A stretch of DNA of 64,000 nucleotides from Octopus vulgaris (taxonomy: Eukaryota), in NCBI GenBank assembly GCA_951406725.2, contig OX597825.1:16802001-16866000 (forward strand), read 5' to 3'. Below are positions 13,130-27,217 of this stretch, one piece after another (the stretch's first letter is position 1; each line of letters begins with the position of its first letter). Both the position numbers and the translations under genes were made by a program. The notes beneath the pieces were generated by a model. That model ran no database searches. It had not been told where the DNA came from and saw only the letters and a program-made list of their open reading frames with translations.

Positions 13130-13979
13130 ATACAGACATTGTTAGAACGTATATGTAGGCGTAATATATGTGGATGTATACACACACCCATATGTAGAGA
13201 TATACACACACATATTTATATATACATATTTACAGACATACATGCATATAACTGCGTACGTATATTTATGGATATATACATATATATATATATGTGTGTG
13301 TGTGTGTGTACGTACACACACACACAAACACACTCCAACAACTCCACTAACACACACAGACACACGCATACACGCTTGTCCACAAACACACAAACACACA
13401 CACACCTACATCTCGTATCTGTACACCGGTGCCAATTTTGTATTAGTCTGAAAACAAGAAATGTAAATTGATACGAAATGTGATTTAGAATTATTGTATT
13501 TATTTTGTCCTATGTTGTTTCTTCTGACCTACATTGAAAATATCCATATCTCTCTCCAAAATTACCTTCAAAGTAAAATAGAAACAAAAGCGGAATGAAA
13601 AAGAGAAATAACTGGTTGGGAATCAAATCTTTGAGTCATAAAAATTCTTCAACGTTTTTTCTGCGCTCCTTCATTTTTGCTTATAGTAGAATATTTGGAC
13701 GTTTATTCACAGGCTATTTTCACTCATTTTGTTTCTTTCATGTTTTCAAGCTGCATGTTCTCAATTCTAATGTCTCTGCAAGCACATTGCAATTCCTTTG
13801 AGGGACCGTAATGTGTTTGGGACATTTATATTTGCAAAAGTTGTCTTAGATATTAAATCTGTTCTTAAAATTCCACTTTTAAATATCATATCTTCAAAAT
13901 GTCTGTCGTCGATTTCAAATAACATGAATAAGGGAAAAGAATGTATTTAATTATTTGAAATTTAATTCGTGCATATTTT

Positions 13980-14388
13980 AGGCGCAGTTATAACTGTTTG
14001 GCCAAGAAGCTCCTTTTGATCCCACGTTGTAGCACCTTGGTCATATTAGGTAAATATTTTCAACTATAGCCTCGGGTAGACCAATGCCATGAATTTGGTA
14101 GACAGAAACTGTTTGGAATCGTGTCGTGAATAAATGAATGCATATACATCTTTAGTTGTGCTTGAGTGTTTGTCTCCTACACCACTTGCCAAAGATGTTG
14201 GCATGTTTCCATCCCTGTAAGTGACTGGTTTGGCAACCCTGCATCCCACCAAAAAAAAAAAAAACCCCAAAAAACAATAAAATAAAATAAGTACCAACTT
14301 TAAAAAAAAGCATTGGCTTCGATTCCATCGTTTAAACATTTCAAGGTTATACTCCAGCATGGCCGCAGTCCGATAACTGAGACATGAA
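13980..14388 (+). mobile_element. Decayed OK-type SINE
   Basis: AGGCGCAG head, CTATAGCCTCGGG, TTTGGTAGACAGAAACTG, CTCCAGCATGGCCGCAGTC tail shared with other copies. Confidence 0.7.
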
Positions 14389-14911
14389 AAAGTTGTTCAT
14401 GTAAAGAAATCATGCTTAATTATAATACTATATAAGTATCGGTAATAGCAGTCGGAAACAATTATATTCCGCATAAAATATAAGTATGTATCATATAACT
14501 GTCATTATTGAAATTCCTCCTTCAAAAAAAACCAGAACACTTTTCTAAAAGTCCATAATCATAACCGTTTTCAAATACCAGAAAAACTCAAAATAGTTTA
14601 TTGTTTATATTATTTCACGTTGAAATTTGTTTATACTTCTAAAATATTCAGGCATCGTATTCTTTGAATCAGACCGATATTTTTTTTACCCTGAAATTTA
14701 AATATATTCAAGGATTATATAATTAACAATGCAATTCTTAGAGCAAAGAACCTGAATATTGTAGAAAAATAAAGAAATTTAAATGTGAAACAATGGAACA
14801 ATATTTTTTTCTTTTTCTGCTTTCTGTTATTTTGAACTGAGGATAATATTATTTATAAATGTAGAATTTTAAATAACAATCGGCTTCCAAATTTTATACT
14901 TCTGTCCGTAC

Positions 14912-14960
<49 letters not shown>

Positions 14961-15009
14961 CGTGCGTATGTGTTCGGCATGTCTGTGTGGTTAGAAATCT
15001 TCCATTGTA

Positions 15010-15244
15010 TAAGGCGGCGAGCTGGTAGAAACTTTACAACGCCGGGCGAGATGCTTAGGAGTATTTCGTCTGTCTTTTACGTTCTGAGTTCAAAGTCCGC
15101 CGAGCTCGACTTTGCCTTTCATCCTTTCGGGGTCGATAAATTCCGTACCAGTTACGCACTGGGGTCGATGTAATCGACTTGATCCGTTTGTCTGTCCTTG
15201 TTTGTCCCCTCTGTATTTAGCCCCTTGTGGGTAATAAATAAATA
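15010..15244 (+). mobile_element. OR-type SINE with 17-bp TSD, nested in an older SINE
   Basis: AAGGCGGCGAGCTGG head, GAGTTCAAAGTCC B box; AGAAATCT(T/C)CCATTGTA at 14993-15009 and 15245-15261. Confidence 0.85.
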
Positions 15245-16385
15245 AGAAATCTCCCATTGTAACTACGGGGTTTTGGGTTCACTCAGTAGGTATGGCTCCT
15301 ACTGTGCGCACTGTGCGTAGTGAATGATTTTAGTAGACACAAGATGTGCGTACGCCTGACGTATTTATATAGTGTTTATGTCTGTATTTATTCCTCACCG
15401 CTTGACGACCAGCTTTTATTTGTTTATGTTCCTTTCACCTAGAGCTGAAAGTAGAGTACCGCATTTCAATAAAGTAAAGTAACTGTGAGAACAGTCAGTA
15501 GTCGACGAGTCGTCGTAAGCCATTGCATTTCTTTTCATTCGATTTTATTGTCACATACGTTTTCATTATACATTTTATGTACCCCGCGTTTTGTGTTGTC
15601 TCTCTTCGTGTTGTCCCCTCTATTTTCAAGCTATATGTCGATAATAAAGAAATGAGTTGACGTGTCGTTCATAGCGGTGATCGTTCGCATTGGTTACTGT
15701 GTTAGATTCATATCGTAACTACAATTGGTGTAGTGTGGAGTGCATTCTTGTGAACATATTAATCCTGCAGATGGTTATTCAAAATAACCATATCCAAATA
15801 TTTATTTCGGTGATGCTATTCTTACACCCGACATTTACAGCTCACATCAGAATGGTTACAAGGTTCACCCTTATAGCTATGAGATCCCGATTTCGATACC
15901 ACTGCGAATATACGCTCAGCTGGAGCCAGACCTTGTGACTGAAAATATGTAAACGGTAAACGTTGGGGGATTCTATTTGTAATTCAAAAACCTAGGTTTG
16001 CTGTGCAGATTCCGTCTGAGAACTATATTAAGCGTATATGGAATACTCAACCACTCGTACATTTATTCAACGTGCCTAGAAGTTCATGTCGGAAATTGCG
16101 AGATAAAAAGAAAAAGATTAAAGAATGAAAGAATAAAGAATAAATGATTGACGATTGCGAGATTGAAGGAAAAATATCAGCATTTCACGGAACGAGTTTT
16201 ATGACATATTTTTTTCTTATTGAATCATAGTTTTTGCCCACGGTTTCTTTGAACCCTTAATATGTTATTGCATAAATATGGCTTCCATCGAGATCTTTCT
16301 CAGAAATTTGTCAATGATTCGTTGAGAAATGGTGACGTCTGCACGTGTAAGCTTCATCGATTACATTGGCCCCAGTAATTTATTA

Positions 16386-16792
16386 TTTTACTCTTTTACT
16401 TGTTTCAGTCATTTGACTGCGGCCATGCTGGAGCACCGCATTTTAATCGAGCAAATCGACCCCAGGACGTATCCTTTGTAAGCCTAGTACTTATTCTATC
16501 GGTCCCTTTTTGCCGAACCGCTAAGTTACAGAGGCGTAAACACACCACCATAGGTTGTCAAGCGATGTTGGGGGAGGGGACATACACAGACACACAAACA
16601 TACACACACAGACACATACATATATATATACATATATACGACGGGCTTCTTTCAGTTTCCGTCTACCAAATCCACTCACAAGGCTTTGATCGGCCCTAGG
16701 CTATAGAAGAAGACATTTGCCCAAGGTGCCACGCAGTGGGACTGAAACCGCAGCCATGTGGTTAGTAAGCAAGCTTCTTACCACACCGCCAC
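16386..16792 (-). mobile_element. OK-type SINE
   Basis: Reverse complement of the family seen at 19574-19990. Confidence 0.85.
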
Positions 16793-18069
16793 GATCCTGA
16801 AAGAATGAAAGGTAAAGTTGACCGCAAGTAGGATTTGAGCGTAGAACGTACACATTCAGAAGAAATGCCTCTGTGCTGAAGACTCTGCTTCCTCGCCGTC
16901 TTAAAGAATCTTTAATAATCTTCACTCACTGGGACAATGAATCGAGTATAGTTAATTGAATTGCCATCTATACATCCACGTTGATTATCGCCCTTGGGGG
17001 GATATGGAATGCAAATTATATTTGAGCGCTGCTTCATTTTATTACATAATACAACCTCATGAAACAATGCGAAGTAATTTTGGTCTGCGTTCTATATTTT
17101 CTTTCCCTCCACCACTTACGTGACAACAACAATTATAAATATAATTACCGTATCCTGGAGATTTTGGAACATCAAAAGAGATCCGAATATAATTAGGATG
17201 ACGTTATGAATTTGTATTTTAAATTACCATTAAATGGAAAATAGCTTGCAACATTAACGGGTCGTGCTAGTTTTGCATCTCAGTTAGCTTCGGTACCTAC
17301 TACATTTTTTCTTAGTGATGGTGGTTAAATTTGTTTTATTATGAAAATCCAGTGTAATGTTGTTCAAAGAGCATTTACCGACGCTGTTCTTTAATACAGA
17401 CCATCAAATATTAATAGGACGAAATATAAAAGAAAAAAGGAAAAAGCGAATATAAATGATTAAAGGAGCTAAACATCACATCAACATGCATTTTAATATC
17501 GGGAACTGTTGCTAAGGAGGAAAATAACACTGCATAGAGCAACATTCCACCATAATTGATCTAAATGCGACATAATCTGGTCAAATCAGAGAAATTCAAA
17601 TCCAGTTGGAATTTGGCCAAAACAGCGGAAAAGAAAATCCTCGCGTTAATTTCCCAATGACAGCAGATTTTTGCCTTTCGGTTAGAATAATAAAGAAAAA
17701 GAAAAGTAAAATAAAGAACAAGGAATGAAAAAGAAAAACGAAACAGCATTTGTGTTATGTAGTTGCTGTTTGGCGTGAAGCCAAGGGTTGCCAATGCAAG
17801 AGTTCAGTGAAGTATAAGTTCTCTCTATTTGTGTGCTGCTTGTTAAATGCCAAACATCACATGAATATTTCTCGATTAAAACGCATTTATACATAAAAAA
17901 AATATATTGATGGATACATCTATAGAAACACTCACTGACACACACATACACATATACTGATATATACTTACATATATTCATACACACACATATACACACA
18001 CATGAATATATATCTTTCCCTTTCTCTCTGTATTTCTCTCACTCCCTATATGCATACACATACATAAAT

Positions 18070-18365
18070 ATATATCATATTTGATATACATATACATATA
18101 TACATACACAAATATATATCATATTTGATATACATATACATACACAAATATATATCATATTTGATATACATATACATACATACATACACAAATATATATC
18201 ATATTTGATATACATATACATACATACATACATACACAAATATATATCATATTTGATATACATATACATACATACATACATAAATATATATCATATTTGA
18301 TATACATATACATACATACATACATAAATATATATCATATTTGATATACATATACATACATACAT
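18070..18365. repeat. Minisatellite, ~7 units of ATATATCATATTTGATATACATATACAT(ACAT)n
   Basis: TCATATTTGATATACATA recurs every ~35-47 bp. Confidence 0.85.
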
Positions 18366-18886
18366 ACAAACACACATCTATATATGTAGATAAATACGCA
18401 CATGCACCATACATAATTATATACATATATACAAATATATGCGTATATGCAAACATGCGCTCATTCAGCCTCACATACATATACAAATCTATACACGAGT
18501 GACTGTGCAACCATCTGCATAGTTTTACGTATTAATTCAATTCTGGCAAGAAGGTATCCAAATTTTTCGCACTCCGTATTGTTTCTTACGTAAATTCATG
18601 CTTATTTGAATACGTAATTTTTGTGCGTTCATCTTCCCCTCTATATCTACCTAACAAGGCATTTATTTATTTTATGTGGAACCATCGAGGTTGATGGACG
18701 ATACTTATGTAACTTTGTGCGAATTTACACTTCTGTGTGAAATATACAAAAATTCGTTGCTGCATTTATTATGATTCCTTGCTTTCTCACGATGCAAGCT
18801 TTCGTTATGAGACATACTGGCACAGCTGTTTTGGCGTCATCATTTTCATGTCGCTGACATATCTGACATCATATTTTTCTCTCATA

Positions 18887-19043
18887 GGGCGGCGAGCTGG
18901 CAGAAACGTTGGCACTTTGCTTTTCATCCTTTCGGGGTCGATAAATTAAGTACTAGTTACGCACTGGGGTCGGTGTAATCGACTTAATCCGTTTGTCTGT
19001 CCTTGTTTGTCCCCTCTGTGTTTGACCCCTTGTGGGTAGTAAA
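18887..19043 (+). mobile_element. Internally deleted OR-type SINE
   Basis: GGCGGCGAGCTGGCAGAAACGTT joined to CTTTCATCCTTTCGGGGTCG... Confidence 0.8.
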
Positions 19044-19360
19044 AATATATATGTTTCTCTCATTCTCTCACCCACATTTTCTCTTTTTTCCTTCTAGCTC
19101 TCTTCCTCTCCTCGTTTATGTCTGTGAGCATATTTTCCCGTTGTTTGAATGAGAAGAGTGAAAGTGTTTCTGTCAATCATTTTACTATAGTTCTCAGACA
19201 GAATCAGCACGACAAAACTAGACTTTTGAATTAAAAATGCAATCATTCAACGAGATCTGCAGTTTCCGACCACCCAATTTCAATCACAAGGTTTCGCTCC
19301 AGCCGAGTCTATATCAACAATGCAATCGTGACTGGTAACCATTCATATGAAAAATCGAGG

Positions 19361-19424
<64 letters not shown>

Positions 19425-19573
19425 TTTATGTATTCTCTTGCTTTTGTTTTTTGGCGTTGTTTCAATCATTGGGCTTAACAATGCTGGATCCACCCTGAAG
19501 TCGAACAAATCGTTATTATTTAGCTATGATGTATATTTTTCTCGACTTGTAGGCGCAGGAGTGGCTTGTGCGT

Positions 19574-19990
19574 AGGCGCAGGAGTGACTGTGTGGTAAGT
19601 AGCCTGCTTACCAGCCACATGGTTCCGGGTTCAGTTTCACTGCGTTGCACCTTGGGCAAGTGTCTTCTACTATAGCCTCGGGCCGACCAAAACCTTGTAA
19701 GTGGATTTGGTAGACGGAAACTGAAAGAAGCCCGTTGTATATATGTATATATATATATATATATGTGTGTGTATGTGTGTGTGTGTATATGTCTGTGTTT
19801 GTCCCCCCAACATCACTTGACAACCGATGCTGGAGTGTTTACGTGCCCTTAACTTCGCGGTTCGGCAAAAGAGCCCCGATAAAATAAGTACTAGGCTTAC
19901 AAAGAATAAGGCCTGGGGGCGATTTGCTCGAGTAAAGGCGGTGCTCCAGCATGGTCACAGTCAAATGAATGAAACAACTAAAAAGTAAAA
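19574..19990 (+). mobile_element. OK-type SINE, full length
   Basis: GGCGCAGGAGTG.CTGTGTGGTAAG A box, GGGTTCAGT B box, internal (TA)/(TG) tract, CTCCAGCATGG..CAGTCAAATGA tail. Confidence 0.85.
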
Positions 19991-21001
19991 AAAGTATACT
20001 CGGGCATTCACATATATGTGTATTTAAAAAATTGGCATAAGGCTGTTTCGCATATTTCAGGTGACGATAGAAATGATTAAATTTGAAACCGTCCCTATGT
20101 AAATATGACAAAAATAGGAAGAGTGTAGAGCAAAATCTGCTGTGGTTTATTTTTGATTTCCCTTTCATTTCTGAGTTCAAATCCTGTAGCGGTCATCGTT
20201 GCTGTTAATTCATTTAGGATGATGCTGAATGAAATACATCAAGCACAGATTCAATTTAGGAGACTGTTGTCCACCTCCTTTAAAAAGACAAAAAGAAAAA
20301 CGAAAAAAAAATACCCTTCTTGTTTCGACGTTAAAACTGATTATTATCTACGTGATAACCACTATGTAAAGTTATAATCTTTTATTATATTACCTCTATA
20401 AGAAATCGTTATTATTTCACTGTAGATTTTGTGATTGATGTTATGTTTCACTAAAGGAGGGAGAAAAAATGGATATTTATGACTTGTCACTTTTAATCAG
20501 TATTGCACTTAGATGACTGTGTCAGAAAACGACTGTTCACATAGAGATTCGTGAGTGTTTCAATAATGTACCAATAAAACATTTAACACGGAACTTAACT
20601 GGCAGAACTATGTTATATAGAGAAAACATCAATTTTCTTAAAGTGTTTCGTTTAAGTGAAATGTCTGGATTGATGAAATAAAGACAGCATCTTCATCACA
20701 TATATTTTGTATAATTCTATGTCATAACTAGAATGACATAAGTTAGAAGTATTAAATTCTTCATAATATCGGAGGTATAAAATTTTTAGAAGCAATAAGT
20801 AGATTTTTGTTCTTTCGTATTTCCTTGAAAAGAAAGACACATATTCATTGCAAAAAGTTTTATAATTAGCATTGTGAAAGCAGTAAGGGAAGACAAGTAG
20901 CATAGAACTTGCGTTGTTAAGTCAGTCATAAAACGCACGTTCAAATCGTTGTCATGTTTACAAACTGGAAGATCAATGTTATGGTAATTTGTTGGCTCAA
21001 G

Positions 21002-21462
21002 TGATCTATTCGGTTTGAACGGCAGTTTTTAACATAATTCCTAGGTAACTAAAAAATTTTAAACTTCGTATACTGGTAGAATGTGTTTATAAAACATCTT
21101 TTTCTCTTGGCTTTATTGAGAAAACTCTATAGTTTGCAAGATATTTGCTGTTTTTTTCTTCAATTTCTGTAATTTCAACCAATCACTGACGTCTATTGAG
21201 GTAAAAAAACATTCTGTGCCATATGAATATGTCCCTCGTTCAAGAAACAGATTGGGTTTATTTACATTTGTGAAGAAAAAAAGAAACCCTTCCCCCTACT
21301 CCTAATCCCAACCCTAACACTAACCCTAACCCTAACTAACCCTAACTAACCCTAACCCTAAAACACATTGAAATGCAATAGATCGATACTAGGGTCATAA
21401 TTATGGGTGACAATTTCATATGACACCGCTAGAAAAAACTGTCGTTCAAACCGAAAATATCC
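21002..21462. mobile_element. Non-autonomous DNA transposon (MITE) with ~28-bp TIRs and internal CCCTAA repeats
   Basis: TTCGGTTTGAACGGCAGTTTTT / AAAAACTGTCGTTCAAACCGAA; flanking direct repeat GCTCAAG at 20995 and 21464; CCCTAA-like array 21293-21361. Confidence 0.8.
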
Positions 21463-21479
21463 CGCTCAAGTTCCACACA

Positions 21480-21789
21480 TACACTAGAACATTAGCTTAC
21501 GACTTAAATTCGTTCCTTAAGGCCGTTCGTCGGCCGATATATTCGTAAAACAAAACTATTTTTTCCACAGGGAGTTCAAAAGACGGCATGGCTAATTCGA
21601 GCTGGGGTGTGAACTGAGCAAAAGATAGACAGCAACCGACGGTGTCCCGTTGACACCACCAGCTTGTCACCAACCGTTGCTGCTAGTTTATGCGTTCATT
21701 ACACGAGACACCGTTCGTCAACCGAGACGTTACATATTCGAAAAATTGTTCGTAAATCGGCTTCTTCGTAAACCGAAGTAGCTTTGTAT
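21480..21789. mobile_element. Possible decayed Tigger-derived MITE
   Basis: Right end TTCGTAAACCGAAGTAGCTTTGTA resembles a Tigger-type TIR; repeated TTCGTA motifs. Confidence 0.35.
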
Positions 21790-21878
21790 TCTGTATATTC
21801 TAGAAATGCGTGTGTGCATGTGTGCGTGCGTGTGTTTGCGCGTATTTGTGTATATTGATATATATGCATACAGTTGTT

Positions 21879-21913
21879 CTGAAAGAAGCCCATCGTATAT
21901 ATATACATATATG

Positions 21914-21994
<81 letters not shown>

Positions 21995-22214
21995 TATGCG
22001 TGTGTATATGTTTGTGTGTCAGTGTTTGTCCCCCCCCAACAACATCGCTTGACAACCGATGCTGGTGTGTTTACGTCCCCGTAAATTACCGGTTCAGCCA
22101 AAGATAGAATAAGTACTAGGCTTCCAAAGAATAAGTCCTGGGGTCGATTTGTTGCTCGACTAAAGGTGCTGCTACAGCATGGCCACAGTCACATGACTGA
22201 AACAAGTAAAAGAG
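21879..22214 (+). mobile_element. 5'-truncated OK-type SINE
   Basis: CTGAAAGAAGCCC..., expanded (TA)n, family tail. Confidence 0.8.
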
Positions 22215-22379
22215 ATATTGTTCGAACCTAGTAAACAGTTTTCCTCCAACTCAATTCTTGCATAAAATTCTCAATTTTCGTTGAAAATTATACCATATAA
22301 GGCTTCATTCTTTGTTAAATAGACAATATTAAATGTCAGAGCTTTTTGTCATTGACACCCTTATTTTTAAGACATACTC

Positions 22380-23480
22380 CGGGAAGAAAGGCCTTCTAGC
22401 ATGCATTCAAGATGCTTTTCTGAATTTCATGAATTACTAATGCCATTCCTAACACACAGTGCATCATGTTAATATTTTTTGCTCAATGCCTTACGGACAT
22501 CCAATTGGTTATATTCCTATATCATCCAATACGTTTTAAAGGGGTATTTCAAAACATATTGCGTTAAAATTAGAAATTATGCCCTGACCACATGGTTAGA
22601 TAAGTGGTGTGGTAATGACTCGTGACAACACAACCTGAACGTGGAGATATTTAATTGAGAGGGATCTGATGTAGCGCTGTCAATGTGTTATGAAATCTTT
22701 GAAGTTAATATCATTTCCTTTTGTAAGAATTTCAGCTTCATGAGCAGAGTTTTTGACCAAACATTTCATCAATCAGCCAAGATTTTTTCATTTGCATGCC
22801 AATGAACTAGGAGAATGTTTTATTCCATTCTCTCATTGCCCGTGAATTAAGAGGCCTATTAATTAATAATGGTTTTATAAAGCATTCACCTAATTCGTTA
22901 TTGCATAATAATAATGTGACTCGATCTTTAGATCCTTTGAATCTGTCAGATGTTTTTATTTTCTGATGTTATAAAATTCCTTCAGATTTTTTTTTTTTCG
23001 AGAACAGACCAGTTTCATGAACATTAAAAATTTGTTTTAAAGAATTTTTGCAATTATTTTAGCTAATGGTGGCACAAATTCTTCTGCAGTTTTCTTATCT
23101 CCTTGATCAAGTTTAACCAAGCAATTTAATAATATGTAGAAACATTCCATTAAAAAAAAACAACTTGTTCATGACATCATTTAATACACGAAAAAAATGG
23201 TTGTTCTTCATGAGATATTTCGAGTTTGATATCGATTTTATTCAACATTTTTAGTGCTTCTTTTCGTTTAAGAAAGTTTTGTATCGACAATCATGTTAGT
23301 ATTTTACCGTCCATCCAAAATAACCGAGTTTTTACATTTATCTTCACGATATTAGTCCATATGTATGATGCAGCCTTATCGTAAATACTACAACTCACTA
23401 GATCCGAATTTTTCGTCAGTTATTTGAATCGTACTCAATGCCCCCAGTATTTATAAGTAACTGATTCGCAATTTCTGCGC
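22380..23480 (-). pseudogene. Decayed Tigger/pogo (TIGD-like) DDE transposase
   Basis: Manual minus-strand translation: QIFNVHETGLF (~23000-23034; cf. FNADETGLFWK), LCNNELGECFIKPLLINRPLNSRAM, VHWHANEK, PCGQGIISNF (cf. QPLDQGII); many stops and frameshifts. Confidence 0.7.
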
Positions 23481-23689
23481 AATCTTTTTTTTTTGTTTAA
23501 ATTATAATTACTATTTCTAGAGATACAGATACTCTTGTCTCCTTTTCATTTGGTATTTGAAATTCTCTTACATAATCATGAAATTCTTTAATAAATTTGA
23601 AAACATATTAATACGTAGAGAGAAAGAGATTCAGTGATGAAGAAATGTAACATTTGATGCCAACGTTCAGGTTTCACATTATCAATATA

Positions 23690-24255
23690 CTGGGTTGTCC
23701 GGAAAGTTTGTGCCGAACTTTAAAGGAAAGAAAAAGGTCAATAAATATTTGCCATTACATTTTTAATCAACCAAATATGAACTATTTTGTTGCACAATGC
23801 GTCTCCATCTTTCCTTTAACTTGAAAATACCATCTTGCCAGAAGTGAGGTGATTTCATGGCAAAGAATTCATCAAGGTATCTTTTTACGTCATCCAAGGA
23901 ATTGAAGTTTTTACCATTAAGACTATTCTGCAGAAACCTAAACAAGTGGAAATCCGAAGCAGCAATATTTGGTGAATATGGAGGGTGGGGCAACACATCC
24001 CAGCCGCGCTGCAGCAATTTTGGTCTGGTTCTCAAATCATCAAGTGCCGAAAATGAACTTTCTTATCTTCAAATTTAAAGGGTTACAGAATTAACACATG
24101 TTATTGGAACATAAACCTTCTTCTACGAAAAGATAGTTTAAACTCTGCTCTAAATGTAGGTGCAGTCAAATCATATTTTATGGATTCAACCATATTCTAA
24201 AATAAGTCGAAAAGTACGCTGCTATAAATCGGCACGAACTTTCCGGACAACCCAA
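23690..24255 (-). mobile_element. Internally deleted mariner element
   Basis: TIRs CTGGGTTGTCCGGAAAGTTTGTGCCGA / TCGGCACGAACTTTCCGGACAACCCAA, TA on both sides; LPHPPYSPNIAASDFHLF (YSPDLAPSD motif) joined near 24027 to N-terminal EDKKVHFRHLMI. Confidence 0.92.
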
Positions 24256-25418
24256 TATATAATGATGCTGGTTATGAATGTCAACTTTATAGCTGAAAGA
24301 AAAAATACCAGCGTGTTTTCTGCCTATTTTATACAACATATAATATAGTCTAACTTTGAAGTCACATAGAAAACTTTGATATGTGCGTTCTTACTGCACA
24401 GATATTGTCAGTTACTTGTCATATTTAAACTCACATATATTATAATAAATGCAAGAGAACTCGCACGTAAAATGTAGAATGCGCTCTAGGAGTAAATACG
24501 TATTGGCGTATCGATTATACAGACAACCAACATCACTAGATACCCTCAATTCCAATACATACTCACCAATTCTAAGTTTAGTAACGGAGTAAAATATTCT
24601 TCACTGAGGAGGACTAATAAAACCGAAATATGTCAACCATATTCTCTATGCACATTACATTTATTATCTAGAAAATCTGGTTAGATGATTTTATTGAAGT
24701 TATCTTCTTTGATAATTCATTCCAGATTTTTAAACATCATTTAGCGGTAAATTTTGTGTGCACCAAGTCTATGAATAAACTGATTTAATAGAAGTATTTT
24801 CAAGCAAGAATATTATATATGTTACTGCAGTACGTGTTTTCACTATGCAGAATCTCCCGTGAGGCACTTTTCATCACCCATATAGCAAGTTACATACCTT
24901 GACTCATTTGTGGAGAAACAACCCGCATAGACAAAATAGATGAGGCCCGATGGATTTGCTTCAAAAATTATATGTCAAATAGTAAAACTTTTTATAAATT
25001 TTATTTTGCTTGAATGAACCAGAAGCAATAAATCACGAGAATCAAAGAAAAATCAGTTGATACATTTATATATTTCTTTGCAAAATGAATTCGAAAATAC
25101 TATGGCGTAAAATAAAAATCATTTTAAGAAACAAACGTTATATAAATGTATCAACGAGATTTTGTTTGATTTTCGGAAGTTATTGCTTCGTGGTCATTCA
25201 AGCAAATATTAATTTGTAAAATGTTTTACAATTTCACATACAAGATTTGATGCATTTCTATCAGATTAATCGACATGATATCAAAGCCGGACTTGCCAAC
25301 TAAAAGTCTCTTTGAAACGCACACAAATGTTCATGGATCGCAACGCCAAAGTAATCGTGCATTTCACATTAATGAAAATCTAAACTGTGCTAAAGTGTAA
25401 GCAAGTACCGTGTACACG

Positions 25419-25507
<89 letters not shown>

Positions 25508-25648
25508 ATGTGTGTGTGTGTGTGTCTGTGTGTATGTATATATATATATACGCATACATACATACACAGAGACACATAGATATATATATATATATATACA
25601 TATATGTCGATATCTATCTATTTATCTACCTATCTATTTGTCTGTCTG

Positions 25649-25715
<67 letters not shown>

Positions 25716-25789
25716 GTATATATATATTCGTTTATCTTTAGTCTTTACTGGTTTCAGCCGATGACCGGAGCCATGCTAGAGAAGCACTT

Positions 25790-26790
25790 TCTCTTGAGTT
25801 TAGGTTCCTTTTCAAACTGTTTTTTGGCGAACTTCCAAGATGGATGGAGTCGCGCTTCCATGTGTCTCCTGTTGCGATATGAGTTCATCTGTTGTTTCAG
25901 AAAAAAATTTGGCCAACCACTCTTCAAAGGCATCCGCATCTACAGCTCTAAAACTCTGATGTTGTTTGGCAGAATGCTGTTGTGGGACCCTGAGCACCAA
26001 GCTGTTACAGTACTGGATTCTAATTGGAAAAGGAGAAGATGGGATCTTTGGTATGATGCTATCCAGTTCCCTGGCTGGTATAGCTTCCAATTCCAAAGTT
26101 TGCAGCTAGAACTTCCAGGATGGTCTAAATGCATATCACTTCATATTTTGCATGCCTTCTATCTAGGGAGTAGAGCTTCCGTTTCCTTTAACCTCTCCCA
26201 GTAGCACATCTCGTGAAGGCGTGTGGCTGAGTGGTTAGGCTACTGGTCTTATGATCGTAAGATTGTGGCTTCGATTCCTAGACCAAGCCACGCGTTATGT
26301 TCTTGAGAAAATCACCTTATTTAAAGTTGCTTCAGTCCACTCAGCTGAAAAAATTAGTAATCCGGTGACGGACTGGTGTCCTGTCCAGTTTCGGAATATA
26401 TCTGCCCTGAAATCGGGAAATTGGCACCAGTAGCTCATCTGTTTCACCGTGTCAATCTTCTTTTTGTAGAGGAGCTGGATCGCTTCAAGTTCTGCCACAG
26501 ATTTGATGCTCTGCAGCGACAACAGTTCGGAGTATTAATGACAGTTCTATATAGAAGCAATATGATATCCTTTATTTCTAGTTCTGAATAAGCTCAGAAT
26601 CCATCTAGCTACTTGCTAGCACAGTGTTGACAATATGAACTTGGAATGTTTCATCATTATCGTTTGATTCCCAGCTCAAGTAGTGACTCTGACTCACTGA
26701 TTGAACTACTGTATTCCGAATATAGTCTGTTTATAGGCCAATAGTGCAGTGCTTGAAACTCTGCAGCATTAAACACCAGATGAAATACAG
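25790..26790 (-). pseudogene. 3' part of CR1/jockey-group LINE ORF2, interrupted by a SINE
   Basis: VFNAAEFQALHY...LLELGI; VAELEAIQLLYKKKI; YWERLKE..KLYSLDRR; IIPKIPSSP..YCNSL..; DAFEEWLAKFFSETTDE. Confidence 0.75.
26215..26458 (+). mobile_element. tRNA-derived SINE inserted in the LINE
   Basis: GGCGTGTGGCTGAGTGGTTAGG A box, GCTTCGATTCC B box; body GACGGACTGGTGTCCTGTCCAG resembles the V-domain of V-SINEs. Confidence 0.75.
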
Positions 26791-26955
26791 AAAAAAGATT
26801 GACTCGGTGAAACAGACGAGCTATTAATGCTAGTTTCCCGATTTCAGGGCAGATATATTCCGAACCCGGACATGACACCAGTCCGTTACCGGATTACTCA
26901 TTTTTGCCAGCTGAGTGGACTGCCATCTGTGTGGACTGAAGCATTGAACTGCAAG
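26790..26955 (-). mobile_element. Second, headless copy of the same SINE in inverted orientation
   Basis: Reverse complement of ~26325-26465 with scattered mismatches. Confidence 0.75.
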
Positions 26956-26974
26956 TTATATATATATATATAAA

Positions 26975-27217
26975 TATTGAGAGAAGGACGGGATGGACGC
27001 TTCATTTTTGTGCTGGTACCGCATTATGTCGTACGCGACTAAGAGGATTTGCATCCCCAACGTAGAATTTTTGATGTAATACATATCCTTGAGGTAGTAA
27101 TTGTGCGCGGCTGAAGAAGGCCATAGACAGACATTATGCATTGTTATACATCCGTCCAATAAAAGCCCGAAACATATGTACCGCTGAATCCTTGGCATCA
27201 TGTTTTTATTTTGATTA

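Noticed and set aside
18070-18365. CRISPR-like regular repeats
   Set aside because: Intervening sequence is just variable (ACAT)n; eukaryotic context, no cas genes
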